DNA of 64,000 bases from Lama guanicoe (taxonomy: Eukaryota): contig MU056050.1 in the NCBI GenBank assembly GCA_013239625.1, positions 1,846,084 through 1,910,083 on the forward strand. Direction: 5' to 3'. Shown here in pieces: positions 24,030-36,571 of this stretch. A model generated the notes under the pieces. The model worked only from the letters and a program-made list of their open reading frames with translations. It did not search any database and had not been told where the DNA came from. Position 1 is the stretch's first letter. Every line of letters begins with the position of its first letter. The translations under genes were made by a program, and so were the position numbers.

Positions 24030-24638
24030 CTTTTTTTAAATTGAGATATAGTTGATTTATAGTATTATATTAGCTTCAGGTATAAAACAAAGTGATTCAA
24101 AATTTTTATAGATTATTTTCCATTTATAAAATACTGGCTACATTCCCTGTGCTGTACAATACATCTTTGTAGCTTATTTATTTTATCCAAAGTAGTTTGT
24201 ACCTCTTAATTCCATACTTTCCCTTCCCACTCCCACTATCCTTCCCCCTTTCTCTCCCCTACTGGTAACACTACTTTGTTCTCTATATCTGTGAGTCTGT
24301 TTCTGTTTTGTTAGTCATTCATTTGTTTTATTTTTTAGATTTAACATACAAGTAATAACATATAGTATTTATCTTTCTATAACTTATTTCACTAAACACA
24401 ATACCCTCAAGGTCCATTCATGTTATAAATGACAAAATTTCATTCTTTTTTATGACTAATATTCCATTGTGTGTGTGTGTGTGTGTGTGTATATATACAT
24501 ACACACACCACATTTTCTTTATCCATTCATCTGTTGATGGACACTTAGATTGCTGTCACATCTTGGCTATTGCAAATAATTCTGCTATGAACACTGGGAT
24601 GCATTTATCTTTTGGAATTAGTGTTTTCATTTTCTCCA
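24030..24638 (-). mobile_element. L1 3' end (L1MA9/artiodactyl-type), includes (TG)n at ~24468-24490
   Basis: ttgagatatagttgattta...actggtaacactactttgttctctatatctgtgagtctg...ccattcatctgttgatggacacttag...gctatgaacactggg. Confidence 0.9.
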
Positions 24639-27082
24639 ATTATCTGTCAAATTTGAGGGCCCCATATGACATACAAGAGATGTCTAGTGAACAGTAGAGA
24701 TATTTGGGGGATTCAAAACAAGCAGAGGGAGGTTAGAAATACTGATTTAGTGGTCATAAAAACAGAACTAGTAGTAGAACATGTGATTTTTAAATAAAGA
24801 GAAATAGTAATCTAAGTCAGTATCTGAAAAAGGACTTTGTTCAAAAATGCTTTTGATCAATTTAGATTCAGTTCAAGAAATATATTTGAAGAGCAAAAAA
24901 CTCAGACTATCCTTTTACTATTAGCCTTCTACTGCTGAATTCTCTTGTAGCCAGGGATATAATAGATCCCCAAACCAATTCCGGACATATGTAACCTTTT
25001 TTAGGCCACTCAAACCTGTATTTTCTCTCACCACAGAAGCCAAACATCTCTAACGAGAGAAGTTACCAGATTATATACAAAATCGTTTTTCTTATTGTCA
25101 CCTGAAGCTCATCCCTGCTTTTTGAATTCCATTATAAATTATTTTAGTCTCAAAAAAACTTCTTCAAAATACTCTCAGAAGGTAGCAATGTTCTCCCCAT
25201 AACTCCATTTATATCAGGGAGTTCATCATATCAGAAGTAGATGAATAAATTTGAAACTCTCAACCCCCATCCTTCACTCTATGCTCTAAACTCTCAGGAA
25301 GATTGTGGCATATAAGTTTAAGGTGTTACCTTCAAGTCATCCAGTCTATCTTTCTGATCCTGGGGGTGGGCAAGTAGGTGCTAAATAACACCTTACAGCC
25401 ACCATGTGAACCTCAGCCCCATGTGACTGGGATCCTGATTCAATGTTGAACAATTGCCAACTTTTTAAACTTAGGGACTGAATTTTGTCTCTGTACTTTT
25501 ATCTATGGCCTGGAGCCTGCTTCAAACCTGAAGGATGTTTCGAACCAGAGCCCTGTCTCCTGACTCTAGGTGTCACTAACTCCTGTTCTATTGCCAAGTT
25601 CCACCAATGAGATCATACTTAGGTACTAATAATGACCACCAATGGAGTCAAATTCCATCAAACTAGATCACTTTGGACTTTGAGTCCCCTCCAGAGTGCA
25701 GTACTGCATGTGAGTCATTCATCTTAGGCCTTGGCACTGCCACATCCCACACTTCTCTTTCCCCACTGGTCTGGGCTGCTGAAGTACCACACACACCTAG
25801 CAATTGAACCATCAAAAAAATTGTCAACAAATGTGAATGACAGTGCAAATCTATTCCCCACTATTGGAAGAACAATGTATATTGTTCTTCCTATATTTCT
25901 CACAGTTTATGAGGCTAAGCCAAAATGCATCTATATGGATAATCAGTAGTAGATCAGTAATACAGACTTTGTATAAGAGCCTACAGTGAGAGACTTCACC
26001 CTCCATATACATACACAAGAACTTGGAAATGAGGGCAATAAAGATTGCTTTCAGAATTCATAAGAAAACACATAATAAATTAGAAGAATAATAGGTAAAA
26101 CCATTTTCAAAAAAATGAATTTTTATAGGCCAGGAGAATGAGACCTTAATCTGATTAACTTTATTAACATAGCTAGAGGAATAATTTGCCTATAAGAAGG
26201 GGAATCGAACAGACACAGAAAATATGATAATCAATGAATAAATATTGACCTTTGACAGTGCCCATCCAAACACTGTTCAGGGGATAAAATACCTTAGTCT
26301 AAGGATTTTGCATTCTGATTGCATTAGCAAGACTCTTCACCTCTATTATGATAATGAATATAGGAAATTTGAGACAATGGAAATCAAGCGTGTTATTCCC
26401 ACTGAGAAGATTTCTCCTTATTTGAGATATGTCAGTCTATCTTAGTTGTATGTCATTAGGTATTCATTCCATCTAAGTGTCCTTGACCTGACTCAAAGCT
26501 CATCAGGCTTTGTGTTTAGGTGACTTGCTAAAGATCCCACATTTTGACTTGACTTCCCATACCTATCTGCCTAGAAGGAGAGGATATGTTGGTCATACCA
26601 ACTTTATAGATTCTAGTTACTGTAAAATTTATTTCCCATCATGATTTAATACACTAGTACTCTGATTACAATTTGGCTTCCTATGTAGGTTCTCCTGAAG
26701 AAGGGAAAGAATTTCTGGTCATGCCAAAACAAGTATTTTGGTCTGTAAAAATCATGTTGTTCATCATTCATAAATACACTGACATTTTAGTTTTATACAT
26801 GACTCTTGTGAGTATAGTTAGTATGCATCTCCCTCTGAGTGATGGATCCACTCTCAATATGTTGACAACACCAGATGTCTAAGCAAACAGGCTGAAGGCT
26901 AGGTCTCAAACCAAAGTATAATACCCAGTGTACTAAATGCTATCTTGTGAGATATTTTGGTTGACAGTCAAGCGACATTACTCAGGCAAAGTACCGGACA
27001 TCTCCAATGTCATTTGTGATTCCTAGCAAACATTTTGTTGAGTCTCTATATTTGTTCATATTATAATATGCCATACTTTAAA

Positions 27083-27433
27083 ATTTTTTATTTGTATACA
27101 ATTTTAAATATTACTTTCCAGTTACAATTATTACAAAATATTGGCTATGTTCCCTGTGTTGTACAATACATCCTTGAGCCAGTAGTTTGTGCCTTCCATT
27201 CTCCCCAACCCTTATACTTCCCCTCTCCCTCACACTGGTAACCACTAATTTATTCTCTATATCTGTGAGTCTGCTTCTTGCTTGTTATAGTAACTAGTTT
27301 GTTGTATTTTTATATTCCACAAATAAGTGATATCAAACAGTATTTGTCTTTCTCTATCTGGCTTATTTCACTTAGCATAATGCCCTCCAAGTCCATCCAT
27401 GTTGCTGCAAATGGCAAAATTTCATTCTTTTTT
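27083..27433 (-). mobile_element. Older L1 3' end fragment
   Basis: ttacaaaatattggctatgttccctgtgttgtacaatacatcc...cttagcataatgccctccaagtccatccatgttgctgcaaatggc. Confidence 0.85.
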
Positions 27434-28177
27434 AGATACATGCACCCCAATGTTCATAGCAGCACTATATACAATAGCCAAGACATGAAAGCAACCTAAA
27501 TGTCCATCAACAGATGACTGGATAAAGTTATAGTATATTTATACAATGGAACACTACTCAGCAATAAAAAATAAAATAATACCATTTGCAGCAACATGGA
27601 TGGACCTGGAGCTCTTCATTCTAAGTTAAGTAAGCCAGAAAAGGAAAGAGAAATACCATATGATATCACTCATATGTGGAATCTAAAAGAAAAAAGAGGA
27701 TGCTAATGAACTCATCTACAAAACAGAAACAGACTTGCAGACATAGTAAACGATCTTATGGTTACCGAGGGAAGTGGGGTGGGAAGGGATAAATTTGGGA
27801 GTTTGAGGTTTGCAAATGTTAACCACTATATATAAAAATAGATTAAAAAACAAATTTCTTATGATAAATCACAGAGAAAAAAATGTGACAATGAGTGTGT
27901 ATATGTCCATGAATGACTGAAAAATTGTGCTGAACACTGGAATTTGACACAACATTGTAAAATGATTATAAATCAATAAAAAATGTTAAAAAAAACAAAT
28001 TTCTTCTGTATAGCACAGGGAACTATATTCAAAATCTTTTAATAACCTTTAATGAAAAAGAATATGAAAATGAATGTATGTATGTATGTATGTATGTGTA
28101 TGTATATATATGACTGGGACATTATACTGTACACCAGAAACTGATGCAATGTAACTGACTATATACTTCAATAAAAA
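27434..28177 (+). mobile_element. Younger lineage-specific L1 3' end (end of ORF2 plus 3'UTR)
   Basis: agatacatgcaccccaatgttcatagcagcacta...ctgtacaccagaaactgatgcaatgtaactgactatatacttcaataaaaa. Confidence 0.9.
27861..27989 (+). mobile_element. Youngest L1 3' tail nested in the previous L1, 16-bp TSD
   Basis: gaaaaattgtgctgaacactggaatttgacacaacattgtaaaatgattataaatcaataaaaaatgtt; identical aaaaaacaaatttctt at 27845-27860 and 27990-28005. Confidence 0.9.
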
Positions 28178-28199
28178 GAATTTGTTCTTTTTTAAGTGC

Positions 28200-28410
28200 A
28201 CACATTGAGCATCATGTCAAGAGTCTTACATAAGTTGTTTCCAATATTAAAGTAAGTATGTTCTGTAGATATTATTATAGTTCTTCCAATTTACAAATAA
28301 GGAAACTGAGGCTCAAGGAGGTCAAGTAATTTATCTTTGGTCCCACAGAAAGTAAATGGTCAAGCTTGGATTTGATGCCTTTTCTCTAACTCTAAAATCC
28401 ATACTCTTTC
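28200..28410 (-). mobile_element. MIR SINE
   Basis: tttacaaataaggaaactgaggctcaaggaggtcaagtaattt. Confidence 0.8.
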
Positions 28411-28439
28411 AAAACTATTGAAATTGTTTTATGTCATCA

Positions 28440-29400
28440 AGCCTACTTTTGATTTACTCATATATATACCAATTTATTTGCTCAAAAATCTGTTTCGCAT
28501 TTCATGCTTTCGTTCTCAGTTCAATTTCCTTTTTCCTGAAGTACATCCTTTAGTAGTTCTTTTAGTAAGTCTTTTAAAAGTAACCTCTAAGTTGCTGTTT
28601 ATTTGAAAACGCCTTTGTTTTATTCACGCTATTTGCACTAATCAGTATTAGATTTAGCTGCAGATAACAAAAAAATAATGTAAACAAAATAGAAGTGTGT
28701 TTCTCTCTTACATCATTGTAGGAAATTGAGGGACAGTATGGTGGCTCCATGATTATCAAGAACTCAGATTACAAATCCATCTTGTTGTTCCATAATTTTC
28801 AACTTTAGGCTTCCACTTCATGATTCAAAATGTCTATGGCAGCTCTAGCCATGATAGGGGATTTGACAGCCTTATCTCCCTGTCCTTATTCCTGCTGGCT
28901 GGAATTTGGATATGACGGTAGAATTTCTCACACTGAACACCTGGCAGCAAATGCCAGCGCTTTTGTGTTGTTGTTTTTCGCTTGTTCATTTCCAGACTAA
29001 AACCCTGGCAAAGGGTTTTAATTCAAATTCCGAGGCCACATGAGGGCAAGGCTATGATTACAAATTCTCAGAAAAGACATTTTTCTCTGCTGAAACATTT
29101 TTCTTTGCCTGAGATAGACAAACTCCCTTGCCATCTTCCTCTGCTCAGGAAAAGAGTTTTCCTAGTACATGATTTTACTGCATATAAAACACTTTAAGAG
29201 ACCCAGTTTTACATGAAGGTTTTAGTCTCAACTCCAGTACTGTGCATGGGTGTTAAAACACAGGCCTTCATTACCAATATCCAACCTTCTAACATCCCCA
29301 GGGTAACCAGTGTTAACTCATTGGTAGCACTCTAGTTTATAGTTTCCTCTTTGTGTTTAACCCCTGGAAATGTCTTTCTGCTTGAAAACTCGACTATGCC
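28440..29400 (-). mobile_element. Ancient HAL1/L1ME-like fragments interrupted by an MLT1J-like LTR (~28640-28855)
   Basis: ttcaatttccttttcctgaagtacatcctttagtagttcttt; MLT1J-like ttagctgcagataaca...gtttctctctta...ggctccatgat...tcaaaatg. Confidence 0.45.
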
Positions 29401-29414
29401 TTAAGGACTATGTT

Positions 29415-29540
29415 CTGTTCACCGGAATGTAAACCCCACAAGGCCAGGAATTTGTGTCTGTTTGGTTCACTTCCACAGCACCTAGAACAATGCCTAATAC
29501 ATAGGAAAGGTGTTCAATAATATTTGGTGAATGAATAAGT
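29415..29540 (+). mobile_element. L2 3' terminal fragment
   Basis: cagcacctagaacaatgcctaatacatagg...tcaataatatttggtgaatgaat. Confidence 0.8.
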
Positions 29541-29959
29541 TAATTTTGGCCAGTATTTCTGGAGCTTTGTAGCTCTGAGTGGGGTAAGAGTTTCCAGATT
29601 ATCTAGTACATGATAGTTCTAGCAATGGAAGTCAGATCTATGCCTTTTCCACCATACTCTGCTGTCGTTCATGTTTACAGTTACAGTGAGATTTTCAGTG
29701 TGTTTCCGAAGTCAGCATATGATAACTATAGCCAGAGGGAAATAATCTTCCTCAGACTCATCTTAACCACCATATTCTATTGAGAAATTGGATTCTCCAA
29801 TCGCATAGGTATAGTGCATCGAAATTATGTCCATATATAAATTCTAATTCAGCACCAATTGAGAACTAAGAGCTTGCCAGAAGCTTCCTTAGAAAGTTCT
29901 CTAGATACAACTCTCTCTCCTCAACAAACCTCCATATGTTACCCATGGATAAAAATAGA

Positions 29960-30150
29960 TCTATTTACTGAATACTTACTATGTGCCAGGTACTCCTGCA
30001 AATGCTTTACATTTATTAACTTATTTACAAATGTAGAAACTGAGGCACAAAGAAGTTAAGTAACTTACCAAAGACAACCCAGGTAATGGCAGAGCCAGGG
30101 TTCCTCCAGGCAGACTGGCACCAAAGTGCATGAGCTTAACAAGTATGCTA
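29960..30150 (-). mobile_element. MIR SINE
   Basis: tttactgaatacttactatgtgccagg...gaaactgaggcacaaagaagttaagtaactt. Confidence 0.85.
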
Positions 30151-31054
30151 GGCTGTCCTCCATATTTACTTGTATTATCTAGTCTCATCCCCTGTCCCAT
30201 TCTAACAAGAACTTTAATGCCCAATGGTCTTGTATAATCATAGGGCCAAATCCCTTTATTCTTTTTTCATGAAGACAAACGTTACATTCTATAGTATCAT
30301 CTGTTATCAGCATCGCCACAACAGAGTTTGTCAGAGCAACTGAGGCAGTGTCAACTGTGGTGAAAGCCCACTTTTTTGCCTTCCACCACACAGGACCAGT
30401 CACATTTCTATTGAGGGCATCATAAGGAGAAGTAAGAGAAAAAGTATCATATTAACTCCTCAAAATTAGGAGGGAGGATGCAGTGTGAATACATATAGAG
30501 TATCTATCAAATGCCTCACTCAAAAAAATAGAAAATATGTTTTTAATACAGACTCTTTTGGGGTTCTTCAGTCAGGAAAATGATTTAATCTGATATCCAT
30601 CAATGAATGTATTAGACTGGCTTCAACTAGCAGCTGCAGAGGAAGATTTAGAGAACAGTTAAAGTCGGAAAATCACTAAAATATCCAGGCAACGTATCAA
30701 CCTTGCTCTGAGTTTACTAAACCCAATAAATGGAACTGTTTAAAGACATTAAGGATGATGCATGAATAATTCAAATCGATTCAACTTTATTACTTTTTCC
30801 GTACTGTTTTCTTAATGGCCCAACTTTCCGCTGCACATTCACCCTACTATATGAGGGTGCATTTCAGCAGTTAATTCTATAGTAATTACAGATATTAAGG
30901 ATTCAGCACACTGAGGAAATATCTCAGTGAGAGACAGGCTACATGGGACACAATTAGAAGATATTATATATAAACACTGGGCACATTTTACAGAAGAAAT
31001 GGACAAGCAGTGAAATAAGACAGATATTGGCTGCAGAGAAAAGGAAAATGCTAA

Positions 31055-31310
31055 TTACAACAAATACTCACTATGTTCCAGGCAGTGGATTTACTATATG
31101 AGTTTTATTATATAGGTTTATTGTAGCTAATATACACTAAAACCCTGGGATATAGTTACTATTGCTATTCCCATTTTATAGGTGAGGAAACTGAGACACA
31201 GAAGGGTAGAGTGACTTTCCTAAGGTCAAAGGATTAAGAAGCGCTAGGGCTGTTACTTGAACCTAGGCAGTCTGGCTCCAGAGTGTGCTCTTTCCAGTCT
31301 CCTATACTGC
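31055..31310 (-). mobile_element. MIR SINE
   Basis: attcccattttataggtgaggaaactgagacacaga...ttgaacctaggcagtctggctccagag. Confidence 0.85.
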
Positions 31311-31769
31311 TTCACATAGCAAAGGATGTAACTATTAGACCATTATTCAGCAAACATTTATTGAGCGCCTGCTATGTGTCTCCCACTGTGATAAGCACTG
31401 AGAGTATACGAAGCAGCATGGAATTGAAAAGAATGGGTATAAATCGTTTTCAGATATCTTGGAAATTAGAAGGGCCCAAAGATGTTCTCAATGCAAGCTT
31501 CTAAAAAGGTTATGGAAAATTGGAAAATGACATTTATTGTATCAGAATAGTTAGCCCTCCTTGGGCTCTGCTCCAGTAGCAAGATGTCATCTCAAAGTCT
31601 GTCAATACAGCATGTAATGACAGCAGCCCAAAAAAGAATCTCTGGACAGGTTCTAAAATCCTTAAGATTCCTATGGAGGTTCTAATGTTTGAGGAGCATT
31701 TCACACCCTGTATTCAAGAGATGGCCATCTCCATTTTATTTTCGCCAATGCTGTCTCATTTGAAATTAC

Positions 31770-33200
31770 TCAATTCGTAAGTATGTAAGAGCATCTACCA
31801 TTATACCAGACATTACGAGGAGTACAACAGTGTATAAGACATAGTGCTTACCAACAAAGCATCTACAACCTAGTGAATAGACAATGAAGTCCCAAGAAAC
31901 AATTACTAGAAGATATGTGATAAAATGCCCACTTAATTTAGTACAAACAAATGGTTAAGGGAGTCAGATACAGGAAAGAAACTCAGTTGAATTGTCTGGA
32001 GAAGGCTTCAAGGAGATGAAGACCCTAGTGAAGCCTTGAAGGATGGAGGACTTGAAGTGGCAGGAGAGGAGCAAGGCCACTCCTAGTCTGAAGGAACCAT
32101 CTGAAACAGGTCTTATGAGGCTGTGGCCTGATGCAGGGACCTGAACAGAAACTAGAGCCATAGCAGATCACGGTCCCAAATCAACAAATGCAATGTGAGA
32201 AGGAAATGTGTTAACTAAAGGTATGACTCAAACTAGAGAGCTCAGAAGCTCAAGACCAGAGATGAAGGTAAATGATGTGAACCAGAGAGTGCCAACACTA
32301 CCAGGACCCAGGCTATGTATCCTGTGGGCAGACTGACCTAGGTTTGAATTCTACTTTGCCACAAACTATGTCAGCTTTATCAAGTTATCTAACTCTTCTG
32401 AGCTCACTGTCTCATTGGTGGAATGAGGATAACAATATCTACCATATGGTATGTTATTGGCAAATTAAATGAGACTATATATATGAAAAAGTTTTAATAC
32501 TGCGAAGTTCTATATGAGTGTCAGTTATTAATAGCTGTTGTTATATGTATACCTGTAGCTGTATGTAGACAGGACCAAATCTTGGGGGATCTTCTCGTCA
32601 GGAAAGTTGACAATGATTCTCAATGTGAGATATGGACAGCTGCCTATAGGAGTGAATCAGAACTTCTAGGGGCTTGTGTGTTTGTTCATTTGCTCCTTCT
32701 CCTTTAGAATCTGATAAATTGTTCCCTCCACCCATACATGTCCAGATGATGATCACTACAACAGGGAACCACTTTACTGATAAGAGTGTGTCATATCCCT
32801 GGTATGTTGTGATAGTAAAAAGGTTAAAATTCATTGATCTAGGAACTTACTTTAGTATTTTGAGTATGAAGTGATAAATGGTAGCAGTAGCAATGGAAAG
32901 AAAGGAATAAGTTTGAAAGATATTGTGAGAGATGATGGAAAAAACAGGAAACATTTTTGAGTACTAAATACATGATATTTTACTATTGAGGAAAATGAGC
33001 AAGAAGCAGAGGCAGAATTTGAACCTAGTTCTGACTGACTTCAAAGAAAGAGTACTGTTTCCTGGATCAGATGTGAAAGAAAAAGGGAGAAGGAATAATG
33101 GCCTATAAGGTTTTTAAACCAAGAGACTGAACAGAACAGAAATCGGAGAACTTAGAAGGTAAACTTATCTACAAAAGAATGCTATATGAGTTCTGAATTA
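31770..33200 (-). mobile_element. Degraded L2 fragments with an embedded plus-strand MIR (~32310-32530)
   Basis: gagcatctaccattataccagaca...gaaggcttcaaggag...gccttgaaggatgg; MIR gactgacctaggtttgaattct...tctgagctcactgtctcat. Confidence 0.55.
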
Positions 33201-33841
33201 CACGATATCAGAATTTTAGTGTTATTTTAAAAATCTGTTTAAATTTGAACTTCTGACAGTATTCTCAGTAATTCTCCTATAAGTCAGCCACCTCCTGATT
33301 CGCTCTGTGATGAACAGACCACGTTTTTGCCCTTTCAGTCCCCATCAATAGTGCTTAGGGTTGACTGCTTAGTAGCAAAGTCAGCTCTATGCTAAGTCAG
33401 GTATGTCCTTTTTAACTGAAGGTTCACATTTTGGGGACAACCACATAGGGCAAAAGCTGTAATCCTGAATTCTTGAGAATCAACCAAATAGGCAGTCAGT
33501 AGAATTATCAATCTGAAATTCATTAAACACAAAACGTCTAAAAACTTGATTTATAATGCATATGATTTTTGCAGCACATTCTTTGATTTTATTTGACTTG
33601 ATAGTTCTGAAGCAAGTTTAGATAAAGGTATGAAGGGCATCTTGTTGTTTTAGTTCAAGTTTTTTTTCTTAATGAATGTTCTGCTCACTTTCATTTTGTT
33701 TTGTTTTTGTTATGGTTTTACTTTCTGCCCCAGGTTCATAAAACTGGGAAAGAAACGTAAAACAGAATTCAGATTCAAATTATTCAATAGGATACAAGTA
33801 TCCTATATCAACAGAGCCAAATTAAAGAAGATTATTATGTA

Positions 33842-34085
33842 CAGTTGACCCTTGAACAATATGGTTTTCAACTGCATGGGTCCATTTATACATGGGTTTT
33901 TTTCAGTAAATACTGTAGTACTAAATGATCTGCAGTTGGTTGAATCCATGGATGCAGAACTGTGGATGCGGCAGAATCATGGGTGTGGAGGAACATATAG
34001 AAAGGCCAACTTTAAGTTATATGCAGATTTTCTACTGCTAAGAGGGTCAGTGTCCCTAACTCCCTTGTTGTCTAAGGGTCAACTA
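33842..34085. mobile_element. Tigger2-derived MITE (MER8-like, TcMar-Tigger)
   Basis: Terminal inverted repeats cagttgacccttgaacaa ... ttgtctaagggtcaacta with TA target duplications on both sides. Confidence 0.85.
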
Positions 34086-34535
34086 TATATTCAAAACTCT
34101 AATGAACAAAGGCTAGCCGAGAGAGGATTCCAGGGAGTCACATACAAAAAGAATGGAAGTATGTGTTGACCACAGTGTCAATATGAGCCCAAATTATATA
34201 GCATGACTGGTAAAAAGCCCAAAGAAATATTAGGTTTATTTACTCAAAAATATTTGTTGTGCACCTATCATGTATCAGGCAATATATCGTGGGTACAGCA
34301 ACAAGGAAGTGTATCATCAGGAAAGAATTTAATAACAACACTGACTTTAATAGTTCTTTTTTTGTTACTAACATGAGTTAGCAACTCTAACCATTTAAAA
34401 TTATCTAATTCTAAATAATTTCTCTCCCTACCTGGGAGAATCATTCCTACCAATCTTCCTCCCACCTCTAACCCTGGGTACACTTCTAGAAACTAGATTT
34501 GTCTCACTGTCAAATTCATCTTTCTTCCACCAAAG

Positions 34536-34860
34536 CAATGTCTTTCCAACTTTTTTGACCACAGGCCTCAGTACGAAATATATTTTACATATGACCCAGT
34601 ATAAACACACACACATGACACATACATGATAGCTAGGTAGATATCCATACAACACACACAGACTATGATCACATAATTTATGTAAAGATTTCATAAAATA
34701 ATAATACCATTACTGGGGACAATGCACTGTAATATTTTTTACCCTATTCTTTTTCACTGAAAAAAAGAAAAGGGAAGGGAAGGGGAAAAAAGGTGTATTT
34801 TTTCCTACTAAATTTATTTCATAGCTCATTATGTGACCCACCGTTTGAAAAACAGTGCAC
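34536..34860. mobile_element. hAT-Charlie-type non-autonomous DNA transposon
   Basis: caatgtctttccaactttttt...gaaatatattttacatatgacccagt...gacccaccgtttgaaaaacagtg (inverted ends). Confidence 0.6.
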
Positions 34861-36349
34861 TGAAGTATAGTATACAATTCTTCCTTCCAGATACAGGTGG
34901 ACAGAACGCAGGTGGCAGGGAGATGTTAGCCTGGGTTTAAGCATTAACCGTAGGAATTCTCAAAGTAGAAAACTGCAGGACTGAATTTGCACACTCTGCC
35001 TCTGAATTGTTTTTTTTTTTGTCCATATTATGCTCCAAATAGCTTGTATTCACCTAACCTCAAAACCTTGAAATAAAAGTTGGTGTTTTTGTTTTGGTTT
35101 GGATGGTTTGGTTTGGTTTTCTTGCAGCCTACCTACAGTATTCAAGTTATATTCTGACACCATTCTGATCTGCAGTGACATGGTTAGCTTTTGAGGGAAA
35201 AGCAAAAATCTTAATTTGCTCTTCTTTGAGGAAAAAGAAGTCTTTGAAATTTATTCAGGGCAGGAGCCAGGCAATGGGGAAAGAATTTATACTGTAATCC
35301 TCAAAGGAGTAGAACATGAATTGAATTAATGTTTCTTCAGGATATGGGATTCTCTTCTTATGAATAAAATCTTTTGAGATCAGGTAGGAAGTTGTAACCA
35401 TTTTTCTCTTTTATTACTTTTTTCTGATACGTTGCTTTGAATATTTGGTTTTATACTGGCAGTGAGGGATGACCAACAAACCAGCCTGACTGTGTAATAC
35501 CATTTTCCTGAGTAGATTCTATTCAGCAGGGCCTTTTCTAGTATGGATAGCTGAAGGAAATAGAGCCAGTTAGTTTCAAGAAACTAACAAGTTTAGTGTG
35601 ATCTGGTTCCTTCATTTAGTTCATCATGTAACAGTTTGATATTAGCCATTACTAAATAGTTTTGTAACAGTAGCCACTTAGTTCAACCATGCAGTAATTT
35701 CCCTTGACCATTATAGAGGTTTAGAGACCCCTTTCTTCACGTACTACATGTGTCTATAGTCCCCTGTTAAGTAGAGCTGAAAAACATAGCCCATTCTAAG
35801 TGTGTTTTGTTATGAAACTATGAGATTGATTGGTTAATTCAGCCAAAATAATCAAATAATTCAAAAAGAATCAAAATGAAAGATGGACTAAACTTAACCA
35901 AGGTTGGGTGAAACTTGGGTGTAGCTTGGCAAACCCTTGTGACTGCTTTGCTTGATCTGGGCAGTCATGTCAGTCAAAGCTTGCCTTTTGCTCCCCCAGT
36001 GAAGTTTTGTTATGTTTCTTAACTAGCTTATATAGCTCCTATCTAGAATAGATTAATTCAAGCTACTTCTTTGGCTGGTTTTGACTGTTTTGACAGCTGA
36101 AGAAGGCTTGAGCTAGTTAATAAGAACTAAGATGAATAGTGGTTTGATTAAAATGACTAGCTTGCCTGAACTTTTTGGTTGTTGCACTACAACCAGTCAA
36201 CTATTTGACCAAATCAGTATTTGCTTAAGTTGTTAGTCAATTCAATCTGAAATTGAAATAATCATGGCAGGTAGGAAAATCTGGAAAAACATATTTTTAC
36301 TGAATTCTTCTTATTACATACAATTATACCATTTTTGAAAAAAGAGGAA

Positions 36350-36417
36350 ACTATTATACAGTGTTCTCAAAAGAAATAGAATATATAAAATCATATACAC
36401 ATATATATACACATATA

Positions 36418-36460
<43 letters not shown>

Positions 36461-36537
36461 TGATATANNNNNNNNNNNNNNNNNNNNNNNNNNNNNNNNN
36501 NNNNNNNNNNNNNNNNNNNNNNNNNNNNNNNNNNNNN

Positions 36538-36571
<34 letters not shown>

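Noticed and set aside
35900..36170. Immunoglobulin switch region
   Set aside because: No tandem GAGCT/GGGGT pentamers, no G-strand skew, and no Ig exons nearby.
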